Assembly (NCBI GenBank): GCA_964427735.1
Contig: CAYRUS010000001.1
Span: forward strand, 98,173-162,172
Length of the DNA: 64,000 nucleotides
Source: an uncultured Gammaproteobacteria bacterium
GTDB taxonomy: Bacteria; Patescibacteriota; Microgenomatia; UBA8517
Direction of reading: 5' to 3'
How positions within the stretch are numbered: position 1 is the stretch's first letter; each line of letters begins with the position of its first letter. The notes under the pieces were generated by a model. That model was not told where the DNA came from and made no database searches. It worked only from the letters and a program-made list of their open reading frames with translations. A program made the translations under genes and the position numbers. Below, piece after piece: positions 11,418-20,723 of the stretch.

Positions 11418-12341
11418 TTATTTCATTTTTTGCAGGGCATTTATTCTTTCTTCTACTGGTGGATGGGTATTAAAAAGATTTGCAAACCAACCAACTCCTC
11501 CTTTGACTTTGTCTTTAAAAGGGTTTGCTATGTATAAATGTGCTGTTGCCTTGTTTGCAACCTCGAGAGGTTCATGATCAGCAGATATTTTTTGCAAGGC
11601 TGATATAAGTCCCTGAGGCTGTCTGGTTATTGCTACAGCAGATGCGTCAGCAAAAAACTCACGCCTCCTTGAAATTGCAAGCTGAATTAATTGTGCAATG
11701 ATTGGAGAAAGTATCGCAAATATTATTCCAAGTACCATAATAATCGCACCAGCATTTCCTTCTTTTTTGTTCCCTCTAGATCTGAAGCTTGATCTAAGCA
11801 TAATATCACCAACTAATGCGATTGTACCGACAAGAACAGCAACAATAGACATCAACCGTATATCATAATTTTTAATATGAGAAAGCTCATGAGCAATAAC
11901 TCCCTCCAACTCAGTTCTATCTAATTTGTCTAGAAGCCCACGGGTTGCAACAATTACTGCATGATCAGGATCTCTTCCAGTGGCAAATGCATTGGTCGCA
12001 CTGTCTTCAATAACATAGAGTTTAGGTTTAGGTAATCCTGCCCCAATACTCAAGTTTTCAGCTACTGTATAAAAATCAAAGTCTCTAGTCCTATCTGCCG
12101 GTCTTGCATTTGAAATTTTGAGTACTATTTTGTCAGAATAATAATAACTAACAAAGCTAGTTATTCCTGAAAAAATAAGGGCAAAACCAGCAATACCTAA
12201 ACCACCCGCATCGTATCCAAAATAATACGAAAATGCAGTTGTAATAAAATAAATTGATATTGATGCAAAAACAACAAAAAGCACAATAATAATAAAACTT
12301 TTGCGCTTATTTGAAGCTGCTACCTCATATATATTTTGCAT
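11418..12341 (-). CDS. htpX: M48 zinc metalloprotease HtpX
   Basis: NAFATG, AHELSHI (HExxH), ISRRREFFAD, THPPVEERI. Confidence 0.95.
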   Translation of the reverse strand: MQNIYEVAASNKRKSFIIIVLFVVFASISIYFITTAFSYYFGYDAGGLGIAGFALIFSGITSFVSYYYSDKIVLKISNARPADRTRDFDFYTVAENLSIGAGLPKPKLYVIEDSATNAFATGRDPDHAVIVATRGLLDKLDRTELEGVIAHELSHIKNYDIRLMSIVAVLVGTIALVGDIMLRSSFRSRGNKKEGNAGAIIMVLGIIFAILSPIIAQLIQLAISRRREFFADASAVAITRQPQGLISALQKISADHEPLEVANKATAHLYIANPFKDKVKGGVGWFANLFNTHPPVEERINALQKMK

Positions 12342-12343
12342 AG

Positions 12344-12934
12344 TTAACTTAAATCAACTTTTGGTGTTTGAACATCCTCTTTACCTACTTTAGTTGCGTC
12401 TGCTTCACTTTCCATTATCAATCCTGGTTGCTCTTTAAACCCAAAGATGTTAGCTACTAAATTACTCGGAAACTGAGCTATCTTAACGTTATAGTCAGCT
12501 GTTAAGTCTATCAAAAGTCTTCTAGCATACATAACTTTGTCCGAAGTATCCCTAAGCTCATTCATAAGGTTTGTAACTACTTCGCTAGCTTTTAGTTCTG
12601 GATTATCTTCAACAGCAATGTTAAGTTGTGGTACTAATGAAGCTACTTGAGCTCCTGCGTCTGACATTTTTTGTAAATCCCCGGATTCTACAGCACTTGC
12701 TACAGCTTTTCTTGCTTCTGTAAGCTTGTCAAAAATATTACTTTCGTGTTTTAAGTATCCTTTTGCAGATGATTCTAAATTAGGAATAAGTTCTGATTGT
12801 CTTTTAAGTTGGTTGCCAATTTCTTGAACAGATGCTTTTATTCGTGCTTTTGTAGCCACAAAAAAATTGTAAGTAACTACAAAATATCCGATAACACCTA
12901 AAAGCAGAACTCCTAATACAATTAGTGCAATCAT
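12344..12934 (-). CDS. lemA: LemA family protein
   Basis: N-terminal TM, QLKRQSELIPNL, AVEDNPELKAS, YN..I.QFPSNLVA.IFGF; classic lemA-htpX pair; SD AAGGAGGTG. Confidence 0.92.
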   Translation of the reverse strand: MIALIVLGVLLLGVIGYFVVTYNFFVATKARIKASVQEIGNQLKRQSELIPNLESSAKGYLKHESNIFDKLTEARKAVASAVESGDLQKMSDAGAQVASLVPQLNIAVEDNPELKASEVVTNLMNELRDTSDKVMYARRLLIDLTADYNVKIAQFPSNLVANIFGFKEQPGLIMESEADATKVGKEDVQTPKVDLS

Positions 12935-12982
12935 TTTATATCACCTCCTTTAATTTTATTTATTTCAAAATTCATATCCATT

Positions 12983-14785
12983 TTATTTTAGCAGCTTTTC
13001 GAATTCTTGATAAGATCTTGTATTGACGATATCTTTTGCTTCAGCCCATCCTCTTCTTGCAACCCAAACCCCGTACTGCATGTTCCCCATACTACTAATG
13101 TGATGGGTATCAGTACCTAAAGTTAGTTTCACGCCTGCTTGAATTGCTTCTTGAACTAAAAAGTCAGGTAAATCCAATCTGGCAGGATCACAATTTATTT
13201 CCAACCATTTGTTGTTTTTAAGTGCAAAATCAAAAATTTCTTCCCAATCAAGCTCAACGCCTTCCCTTTCACCTAAAATTCTCCCTGTCGGATGTGCGAA
13301 TATTTTCGCCTTTGGATGCTCTAAAGATTTTATTACTCTCTTGGTCATTTCCCTTCTCGGTTTATCAAAGCTTGAATGAATAGACACTAAAGCAAAATCT
13401 AAATGTTCCAGCCCTTTGTCGTCAACAGGCAATCCACCACCAGAAAGCATGTCAATTTCAAGAGAATTGAACACTTTTTGCACACCATCACTTGGTGACT
13501 TTTTCACTTTTTTCACTATTGATTCATTTATTTGTTCTATTTTTTCTTTTTTCCTCTTAATCAAGTCATTTATTTCTTTGTTGTTATGTTTACTTTTGCT
13601 TGGATTATGTTCTGTAAAAGCAATATACTCATACCCAAGACCATTGGCTACTTTAATAACTTCCTCCATTGAAGATTGACCAAGATCATGACTAGTTTCA
13701 ATATCAAAGTTAGAATGAATATGAAGATCTGCCTTGATATCTTTTAATTTAACTAAGTTTGGCAAACCAGGTATTTCACCTTTAGCTTCCCTCATTGATG
13801 CCTCAATTTCACCTGTGTCTTCTCTAAGCTCTGGAGGTATCCACACCATTCCCAATGCTTTGTAAAAATCTTCTTCAGAAGAGTATTTTTTTGTTTTTCC
13901 ATCTATTTTTATCCCATATTCAGATAAACTCATTTTCTTTTTTAATGCATATTCCCGAAGCTTTACATTGTGATGTTTAGAACCAGTAAAGTGCTGCAAA
14001 AGTGATCCATATTCATCAGGCGACATAACCTTAAGATCTACTTGAATATTCCCAGGTAAAAGTATTGCTGCAGATTTTTCTCCTCTTTCTAAAGTTCTAA
14101 TCTTTTTAGGAAATTGAATAAAATGTTCTATCACATTTTGTGGATTTTTTGCTGCTGCAGATAAATCAATATCTCCAATAGTAGAAACTTTCCGTCTTAA
14201 ACTACCCAACGTATCCACCTTCTCAACATCTTTACTCTGTTTCATCCAATTTATAATTTCTTCTGCTCTAGTTTGAGCGTAGTTTATCCGTAATCGTTTT
14301 TCCCTGCCCTTAGCTTCTTTTAGACCTTTTTTAAGTGATTCCGTCAGCTCTTCCCCAAAACCTTCTAATTCAGAAACTATACCTGCATCCAAAGCCTTTT
14401 TGAGATCCTTTATCGGGTTTTCTTCAGAAATTTTAAGTTCTGTTGCTATCTGATATGCTCTTTTAGGTCCAATCCCGGGTATTTTAATTAGTTCAAATAC
14501 AGACCTTGGTATTCCATTCAAAATTTCCTGAAAGTGCTTTGATTTACCTTTTTCAAATATTTCACCTATGTTCTCGGCTATGCTTTTCCCTATTCCTGAT
14601 ACCTCTTCTAGTCTACCTTCGTCCCAAAGATCTTTTGCTTCACTCGAGAGGTGTTCTATAGCGGTGGCAGCTCTTTCATAAGCAATTATTCTAAATCTGT
14701 TCTTTTTCTCATCCTTTATTTTTAAGGCTGCAGCAAGAGAGTTGAGAAGACTAGAAAGTTCAATATTATTAATATCTTTTTTCAT
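12983..14785 (-). CDS. polX: DNA polymerase X with C-terminal PHP domain
   Basis: HhH motifs (VSGIGKS, IPGIGPK), GSLRR..IGDID, HFTGSKHHN, PPELRE, PHP DLHIHS, AHPTGR, GTDTH. Confidence 0.93.
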   Translation of the reverse strand: MKKDINNIELSSLLNSLAAALKIKDEKKNRFRIIAYERAATAIEHLSSEAKDLWDEGRLEEVSGIGKSIAENIGEIFEKGKSKHFQEILNGIPRSVFELIKIPGIGPKRAYQIATELKISEENPIKDLKKALDAGIVSELEGFGEELTESLKKGLKEAKGREKRLRINYAQTRAEEIINWMKQSKDVEKVDTLGSLRRKVSTIGDIDLSAAAKNPQNVIEHFIQFPKKIRTLERGEKSAAILLPGNIQVDLKVMSPDEYGSLLQHFTGSKHHNVKLREYALKKKMSLSEYGIKIDGKTKKYSSEEDFYKALGMVWIPPELREDTGEIEASMREAKGEIPGLPNLVKLKDIKADLHIHSNFDIETSHDLGQSSMEEVIKVANGLGYEYIAFTEHNPSKSKHNNKEINDLIKRKKEKIEQINESIVKKVKKSPSDGVQKVFNSLEIDMLSGGGLPVDDKGLEHLDFALVSIHSSFDKPRREMTKRVIKSLEHPKAKIFAHPTGRILGEREGVELDWEEIFDFALKNNKWLEINCDPARLDLPDFLVQEAIQAGVKLTLGTDTHHISSMGNMQYGVWVARRGWAEAKDIVNTRSYQEFEKLLK

Positions 14786-15038
14786 TTTTGTTTAGTTAAT
14801 TTATCTCTAAATATTTGTAGATACTGACTGATCAGTTTAATTATAACCTTATTGTGAAATATTTCTTCCTAAGATTAATTCCTCGCCTTCTTATAAGTAA
14901 AGTACAAACTATAACAATTCTCTTACAGCACTTTAATAATATTCGGTTGTAATAAAGTAGGTATCTTGAAATATTTCGATTGCGAATCCAATTTCGGAGG
15001 GCTTAATTATCAATTTCTCGTATAAAAGGAGAAAAACC

Positions 15039-15352
15039 ATGAACGAGAATGAATCACTTTGGGCAGTTTTAGGAGCTTCCCAGCTTTTCTAGGTACTTCC
15101 TGGACAATTGCAGATTCCTGGTTACACGCCGCAATGTTTTTAGTATTAGCCATAACAACCCTCTTTGTATTACGTAGTTGTTTACCCACTATGCGAGGTA
15201 GTCGCTATTTTTTAAATGGAGTAGCTGTTCTCGGACTGTCTTACACTACAGCGAGAATAGCTGTTAATTCATGGACAAATCTCGCATATTGGTTAATAAT
15301 TTTAGCGTTAGCATTTTTCATTATTTACAATTTGCGAGGGAATAACAAATAA
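15039..15352 (+). pseudogene. Small membrane protein (about 3 TM), apparently frameshifted near 15077
   Basis: SD AAAGGAG plus ATG 15039 reads MNENESLWAVLGA and stops at TAG 15090; adding one base near GCTTCCC joins the hydrophobic ORF that ends at 15352. Confidence 0.55.
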
Positions 15353-15360
15353 CGAGAACC

Positions 15361-15412
15361 GGGCTTGCTGCAGAATTAACACTGCCACAACTTCAGCAAG
15401 CCCTTTATTTTA
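15361..15412 (+). terminator. Probable intrinsic terminator
   Basis: GGGCTTGCTG (15361-15370) pairs with CAGCAAGCCC (15394-15403), followed by TTTATTTTA, right after the stop at 15352. Confidence 0.7.
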
Positions 15413-15506
15413 TTAAAGATATTGTCCCTGTTTCAATAATAAGGTATAATTCTTATGCTCAAATATATTTGAGATATCACTTTTACATTTGGATTTATTA
15501 AACTTT

Positions 15507-15580
15507 GGGGTAGTAGCTCAGTTGGCTAGAGTGTTCGCCTGTCACGCGAAAGGTCGCGGGTTCGAGTCCCGTCTACCCCG
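15507..15580 (+). tRNA. tRNA-Asp(GTC)
   Basis: Cloverleaf: acceptor GGGGTAG/CTACCCC, anticodon arm TTCGC-CTGTCAC-GCGAA, T-loop TTCGAGT, discriminator G; no CCA. Confidence 0.97.
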
Positions 15581-15692
15581 CCCCAACTTTTAGCTTCAAA
15601 TAACTATATCAATTTGATCAAAACTTAACGGGATTATAGCTTCTCACACCGTTTTTTGCCGGTTTTTGCTTTAGGGGATATAATTGTATTAA

Positions 15693-16043
15693 GTGAATAC
15701 AGAGAATTCAGAACAATCAATCAAAAGAGATTATTCTTCACTTAGTGAAGAGGAAAAGATAAGAGCAATATTGGGGGCAGTTATAGAACCAGTATCAAAA
15801 CAATTTGCTCTAGATCTGAGTGGTATAGATTACGACAGGTTAAATACTGAGATGAAAGAAAGAATTAATAATTTATTTGATGATGATGAGGTTAAAAAAG
15901 AAATTGTGGATGGTGACTGCAAATATATTCTAAATGAGCTAGGAAGAGAAAGACTTGCCGGAAACATCGATATGAGATCTGTTCATAGTATTATTGCCGA
16001 TAAATTATGGGGGGATCTTTTTCCTGATGATAACTTAGATTAA
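15693..16043 (+). CDS. Hypothetical acidic protein (cargo after tRNA-Asp)
   Basis: 116-aa ORF with TATAAT 8 nt before the GTG start; no recognised motif. Confidence 0.65.
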   Translation: MNTENSEQSIKRDYSSLSEEEKIRAILGAVIEPVSKQFALDLSGIDYDRLNTEMKERINNLFDDDEVKKEIVDGDCKYILNELGRERLAGNIDMRSVHSIIADKLWGDLFPDDNLD

Positions 16044-16062
16044 AATAAGTTTAAGAAATTTC

Positions 16063-16082
16063 TTCTAAACTCTTCCAATTTA
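16063..16082 (+). repeat. Degenerate att-like repeat, copy 1
   Basis: TTCTAAACTCTTCCAATTTA matches TTCTAAACTCATCCCATTTA of copies 2 and 3 at 18/20; intergenic. Confidence 0.6.
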
Positions 16083-16235
16083 GCTCTCTCAACGATTCTA
16101 TAATTTCGTACTCTTTAGTGAGAGAAACTATAATTGAATATATACCACATTTAACAGAAAGTATAGAAAATTTTAAACTTTAATATTAGTAGGATAGTTA
16201 TATTTGTTTTTTAGGATAAAACCGTATCTAAGATT

Positions 16236-17258
16236 TTACTCTTCCATTTCCATAAAACTTTGCAAATCATGTATTCCTATTCCCTTATAATTTGGGTTAT
16301 TTTTATACTCTTTGTCTAATTTCATAATTTCAGTAAAAAACTCACTTTTACCCTTTCTATAAAAAGAAACATTTTCTTCTTCTACTTCAGCGGTTTCCTG
16401 ACCAACAACGACATCAACATCTAAATTATTTTTCGTTAAATAATCAAATTCACCTTTAACTAAATTTATCGATCCATTTTCACCTTCTGCAAAATCACGA
16501 TAATCCATAATGAACACAAATGTATCTGGACGTTTGTTTAAAATATCAAATAAATGATAACCCAAATTTTTTCTGCTCTCATTATAAGTCACCTGCGGAA
16601 TTACTTCACTGTTATCAAACCAAAAAGGGACAGCAAAGCCAATTTGCAACCCCCTTTCCTGTTTATTATTTTCTATTATTTGATCAACTAAAGTAAGATA
16701 TTCAATCGAATAAACCTGTTTTTTACTTTCAAAGGTATTTAAATTGTAAAATTCGATATCAAATAAAATTCCATCAATATTTGAATCTTCCGAATTTTTA
16801 TTAAACTCATTCACATAATCTATAAGCAGTTCTGGAATATACCAATGGGACGACCTTCCCCATTCTTGATGTCCAGCTAGCGCAATAACTGAAATTTTAT
16901 TCTTTTCAGCTTCATTTATAAAATATTTGAAATTAGATTCAAATCTGCCTTTTAATTGGTTTCTTTTCTCTTCCTCCAACTCATGAACATCAACATATTC
17001 ATCAATACTTACATACAATATTGTTATCCCCTCCTGCTTAGCAAAAGAAATATATTCCTTGATTTCTTCATGAGTCAAAGACGATGGTGAACTCCATATA
17101 AAAGAACTCAAATTCCCTTCAAGTCTATTTATTATTTTTTGATTACTTCGTGAACCTATATTATTCAAATTTTCATTTAAGAAAATAACTGCAAATAAAG
17201 CAATCAATAAAAATGATAACTTTTTTAAATCCATCTTACCTTTAGAATTAAGTTCCAA
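16236..17258 (-). CDS. Membrane-anchored putative glycoside hydrolase-like TIM-barrel protein
   Basis: N-terminal hydrophobic anchor; GILFDIEFY, AVPFWFD, IMDYRD, VGQET, GIGIHD pattern of alternating beta/alpha elements; overlaps the GT2 gene. Confidence 0.6.
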   Translation of the reverse strand: MELNSKGKMDLKKLSFLLIALFAVIFLNENLNNIGSRSNQKIINRLEGNLSSFIWSSPSSLTHEEIKEYISFAKQEGITILYVSIDEYVDVHELEEEKRNQLKGRFESNFKYFINEAEKNKISVIALAGHQEWGRSSHWYIPELLIDYVNEFNKNSEDSNIDGILFDIEFYNLNTFESKKQVYSIEYLTLVDQIIENNKQERGLQIGFAVPFWFDNSEVIPQVTYNESRKNLGYHLFDILNKRPDTFVFIMDYRDFAEGENGSINLVKGEFDYLTKNNLDVDVVVGQETAEVEEENVSFYRKGKSEFFTEIMKLDKEYKNNPNYKGIGIHDLQSFMEMEE

Positions 17259-18900
17259 AGTTATTCATAGTTACTTCCACAACCTCTTCAATTGATTGCT
17301 TATAGACTTTTATATAATAAACTTCTCCATGATCTACGATTAATGGAAGATCTTTGGATAAAACTTCGTTGGCATAACCAAGTTCCTTTTCATTAAAGGA
17401 AATCTTTTCCTCCTTTAAGTATTCAGTAAGAGCTTTCATCGATACTCTATTATTCTCATCCCCTGGCTCAACTTCAATTACATAGTATTCTTTATTTGTT
17501 TGTTTTATTCCTTGGTTTGTATTTTCGATTTGTGTTGATACTCCCGCCACACTAGGGCTATTTTTCCTATCCACATAAACAGGTGTTAGCAATTCTTTAC
17601 CCTCAATAATATCCCTGGATGTACTGTACACTTTAGCAGATGCAACCTGGACAAGTTCAACCGGTTCATAATCTCTTCCTAAAATTAACCTTTGGGCGAA
17701 ATTAACATTAAAAATTAAAATTAATGATATAACTGAAACTATTACAGAGTGATTTTTAATTGTATTTAAGGCATATCGAGGGTTTGAAATTCTTACCTTA
17801 TTTGGATTATGTTTAAACCTAATTTTTCCAATATTCCCAGTTTTAAGCACCGTATTCATGTATCTAAAAGCACCAAACCATACTAAGACAAGAACCTGAA
17901 AAAGAGCGTAGAAGGGAAACAATATCATCCATTTATTTCTAACTTTCCAGTTGGCTAGATAAGTAACTATTACATATAAAGCAAGAATAAAAGGTAAGAG
18001 ATGTATATGACTTACCATTTGAATCAGCTTAAATGGCAAAAGAAAGTAAATAATGAAAGAAAAGTAAATAAAGTGAAAAGGATGTTTTAAGTTGTGGTCC
18101 ATATTTACAATAGAATGCCTAAACATACCACACATCCATGAGAATCTCTGCTTAGCCCACTTTTTAAATGTCGGCGGAATATCTGTGTAAAAAACCATTG
18201 GAATATGCCCAACTTTGTACCCCATCATGTCAGCCAATTTTCCTATTTCTACATCGCCCCCATTAAAGAATAATGAGTGATTTATCATTATCGACTCCAT
18301 AACACTTCTTTTTGCTACCATTCCAGCTCCGCTTGTCAGCCATGGATAAATAAGCCTTGCCTGCATAGCAATGTCATATTCAATTCCCTGCAAATGCTCC
18401 ATAATTGTCTCTCTTTGTGTTGGAAGTACCTTTACAGAAGCAATATCAAAATTTCTCTCTTCCATTGCACCACAAAGTACTCTTAAATCTCCATCTACAA
18501 AAGTATCAGCATCAATAAAGATTACATATTTTTCCCTCAGCCCGGAAATTGTGTCTTTAAGAACAGCATCATGAGCAAGAAGAGTTTTATTATAGATTGC
18601 CCAAGGGTTTTTAGACTTAGTTCCTACATTTGAATAATTAATTCGAAACCCGTAATTTTTAGCTATTTCTTTTAAAGATTTATAAAATTCTTTGCTTTCA
18701 TTAGTTGTTGTACACAATACAACATTCTCACTGTACTTTTTCAAAAAATCCAAATTGCTTAAGTATTTTGTGTCATTAAATATAGGAACTAGTAAAGCAA
18801 AATCTGAAGATCGCACTTTTACAGCATCAAGGTCAAGAGGCTTAATAAAATTAGCTCTAACAGTCGCAAAATCAAATATGGTTAGTAATGGTAATAACAT
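17248..18900 (-). CDS. Processive-type GT2 glycosyltransferase with TM helices and C-terminal extracytoplasmic domain (likely start ATG 18900)
   Basis: LVPIFN, FIDAD (DxD), Q.IEY, TSGAG, GGD, QRFSW (QxxRW-like), followed by several TM segments. Confidence 0.8.
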   Translation of the reverse strand: MLLPLLTIFDFATVRANFIKPLDLDAVKVRSSDFALLVPIFNDTKYLSNLDFLKKYSENVVLCTTTNESKEFYKSLKEIAKNYGFRINYSNVGTKSKNPWAIYNKTLLAHDAVLKDTISGLREKYVIFIDADTFVDGDLRVLCGAMEERNFDIASVKVLPTQRETIMEHLQGIEYDIAMQARLIYPWLTSGAGMVAKRSVMESIMINHSLFFNGGDVEIGKLADMMGYKVGHIPMVFYTDIPPTFKKWAKQRFSWMCGMFRHSIVNMDHNLKHPFHFIYFSFIIYFLLPFKLIQMVSHIHLLPFILALYVIVTYLANWKVRNKWMILFPFYALFQVLVLVWFGAFRYMNTVLKTGNIGKIRFKHNPNKVRISNPRYALNTIKNHSVIVSVISLILIFNVNFAQRLILGRDYEPVELVQVASAKVYSTSRDIIEGKELLTPVYVDRKNSPSVAGVSTQIENTNQGIKQTNKEYYVIEVEPGDENNRVSMKALTEYLKEEKISFNEKELGYANEVLSKDLPLIVDHGEVYYIKVYKQSIEEVVEVTMNNFGT

Positions 18901-19007
18901 AATTCGTGGGTACAACAGAATTTAGAACCTAACTCAGTGATATGGGGTAATTATTGGGTAAGAATGATGTAATAAATTGAAGTAGTGCTTGGTATTATAT
19001 ATAGTGA

Positions 19008-19038
19008 AGTTCTAAACTCATCCCATTTATTCCGCCCC
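19008..19038 (+). repeat. att-like repeat, copy 2
   Basis: AGTTCTAAACTCATCCCATTTATTCC (19008-19033) is identical to 20233-20258; 19021-19038 matches the tRNA-Asp 3' end 15567-15584 at 14/18. Confidence 0.85.
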
Positions 19039-19103
19039 GTTACCCTCAACGGGACGACCTTGGAACTTTTTTTACTCTATAACAAAATGACTTTACAAAA
19101 AAA

Positions 19104-20129
19104 TTATCTGTTATTAAATAACTCAATTTCTGCAGATCTAATCACATACGACCAGTTTCGTTCATAAGCAGCGATAGGTCCAGTACTATCGTAAGTTATT
19201 TGCATTAAAGTATCTTGATTGTCACCATTTTTACTGGTTACCGAACATGGAACAAGAACTTCATCTAGAGCACCATCACTCATTATTAAGAAAGGAGTTC
19301 CACTTGCCAAATCGAATCCTGTGTTTAACTTCAATTTCCTTTTACGCACCCCCACAATTACAGGAGTATTTTCATTATTTCTTCTAGCAACTTCGGCGGT
19401 GATTCTATAAAAACTTTGCAAGTCTCCAACTGTAGGATATCTTCTAGTTAATGATACCCATTGGCCTTCAGAAAACCATTCAATTAGATAATTTGGATTA
19501 GATTGCAACAAAGCCATAGTGGTTTGAGTCATCCTTCGTCCTTTTTCTACAAATTCTTCTTGCACCTTACCTTCATCATATTCAATATTAAAATGACCAT
19601 ATATGCTTGCTATCAGAGTTTTTTTTGTCTCTTGCGGCAATAAAGGATGTGGTATCAAAGTAAGTTGACCGTCTCTAGATATTTTTAAATCTACTGGTAA
19701 TACATTGTGTCCTTCACCGATAGATAGGTTGAATAATTTAACAGTTTCTGGTTCCTCTTTTGATATAACCCAATCAAATCTTGCTAACTCAACTTTACCC
19801 TGACTTACTAGACTCATAGAATGCATTGAGTAGGGACTAGAAATATATTTACTTTCCAAATACAAGAAATCGGAGCACCTCTTGTCAATTCCTTGGATAT
19901 GGTAATTGAAATTGCCTGGTAATTTCCTTTTACCATCTATCGGAATATAAAGTTTCGAATGATCTCTTAAACTTAACTCAGTTACTAATATGTCCAAAAA
20001 GTGTCTGGCAATTCTTTCTCCTTCATTTTTGTACTCATCGACTATAATCTTGTTTAAGGTCTGAACATTATCACTAAACGGATGTTCTATAGGATCATCA
20101 CTGAGAAAATCACCATTTTCATTTGACAT
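19104..20129 (-). CDS. Hypothetical protein flanked by 26-bp direct repeats
   Basis: 341-aa ORF with no recognised family; TATAAT 5 nt before ATG. Confidence 0.75.
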   Translation of the reverse strand: MSNENGDFLSDDPIEHPFSDNVQTLNKIIVDEYKNEGERIARHFLDILVTELSLRDHSKLYIPIDGKRKLPGNFNYHIQGIDKRCSDFLYLESKYISSPYSMHSMSLVSQGKVELARFDWVISKEEPETVKLFNLSIGEGHNVLPVDLKISRDGQLTLIPHPLLPQETKKTLIASIYGHFNIEYDEGKVQEEFVEKGRRMTQTTMALLQSNPNYLIEWFSEGQWVSLTRRYPTVGDLQSFYRITAEVARRNNENTPVIVGVRKRKLKLNTGFDLASGTPFLIMSDGALDEVLVPCSVTSKNGDNQDTLMQITYDSTGPIAAYERNWSYVIRSAEIELFNNR

Positions 20130-20232
20130 AACTTATTATAAGATAAAACACATTAATAATCTAATATTATGGGTTTTTAATAAGATGCTGTAAGTTGGAA
20201 GGTGATAGTAGTTGCGATTAAGTATAAAAGTT

Positions 20233-20258
20233 AGTTCTAAACTCATCCCATTTATTCC
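20233..20258 (+). repeat. att-like repeat, copy 3
   Basis: Exact 26-bp direct repeat of 19008-19033. Confidence 0.85.
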
Positions 20259-20283
20259 TCTATCATTTGATATAATTCAGGTA

Positions 20284-20694
20284 ATGGAAAAGTTAGAAAC
20301 GTTTGATTTTGGAAAAGGTCCTGAACTTGTTGTTTTTGAAGAAGCAATGAAAGTAACTAATGGTGTCGAATGTGATGTTTATAGTGTGAAAGACAATGTC
20401 GATAAGGATTTAGGAATTATAAGAGTTGATTTAGGCAAAAGTACACCACACCAAAAAGTTATTAACGGGGAAAAAACTATCGAGGGGCATATATCCGGTG
20501 ATGGTTTTTTAATTATAAAAAAAGTCAACGGGAGTGAGGAAATTTACCCAACAACAGAAGGAGTAAATCAGCAGTTTGAGCTTGTTGTTGAAATAGGAGA
20601 AACCATGCAATGGATAGCTGGCGAAAATTCTTCACTTGAACTATTTGAGATATGTATACCCCCATATGAAGATGGTAGATTTGAAGACTTGTAA
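20284..20694 (+). CDS. Cupin-like protein (likely start ATG 20284)
   Basis: Beta-rich; STPHQKV..G..TIE..ISGDG, GETMQW, FEICIPPY; TGaTATAAT 7 nt before ATG. Confidence 0.6.
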   Translation: MEKLETFDFGKGPELVVFEEAMKVTNGVECDVYSVKDNVDKDLGIIRVDLGKSTPHQKVINGEKTIEGHISGDGFLIIKKVNGSEEIYPTTEGVNQQFELVVEIGETMQWIAGENSSLELFEICIPPYEDGRFEDL

Positions 20695-20723
20695 AATACT
20701 CCTGTCTTTCAATATCTGATCAT

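Noticed and set aside
14970-15010. Small hairpins upstream of ORF 15039 as a riboswitch
   Set aside because: Stems are only 3-4 bp and I recognise no aptamer consensus
18921-18928. TTTAGAAC as an inverted copy of the att-like repeat
   Set aside because: An 8-bp AT-rich match without flanking similarity; not distinguishable from chance
16063-20258. The three related repeats as a CRISPR array
   Set aside because: Spacing is 1.2-2.9 kb with whole genes in between; no 30-40 nt spacers and no cas genes
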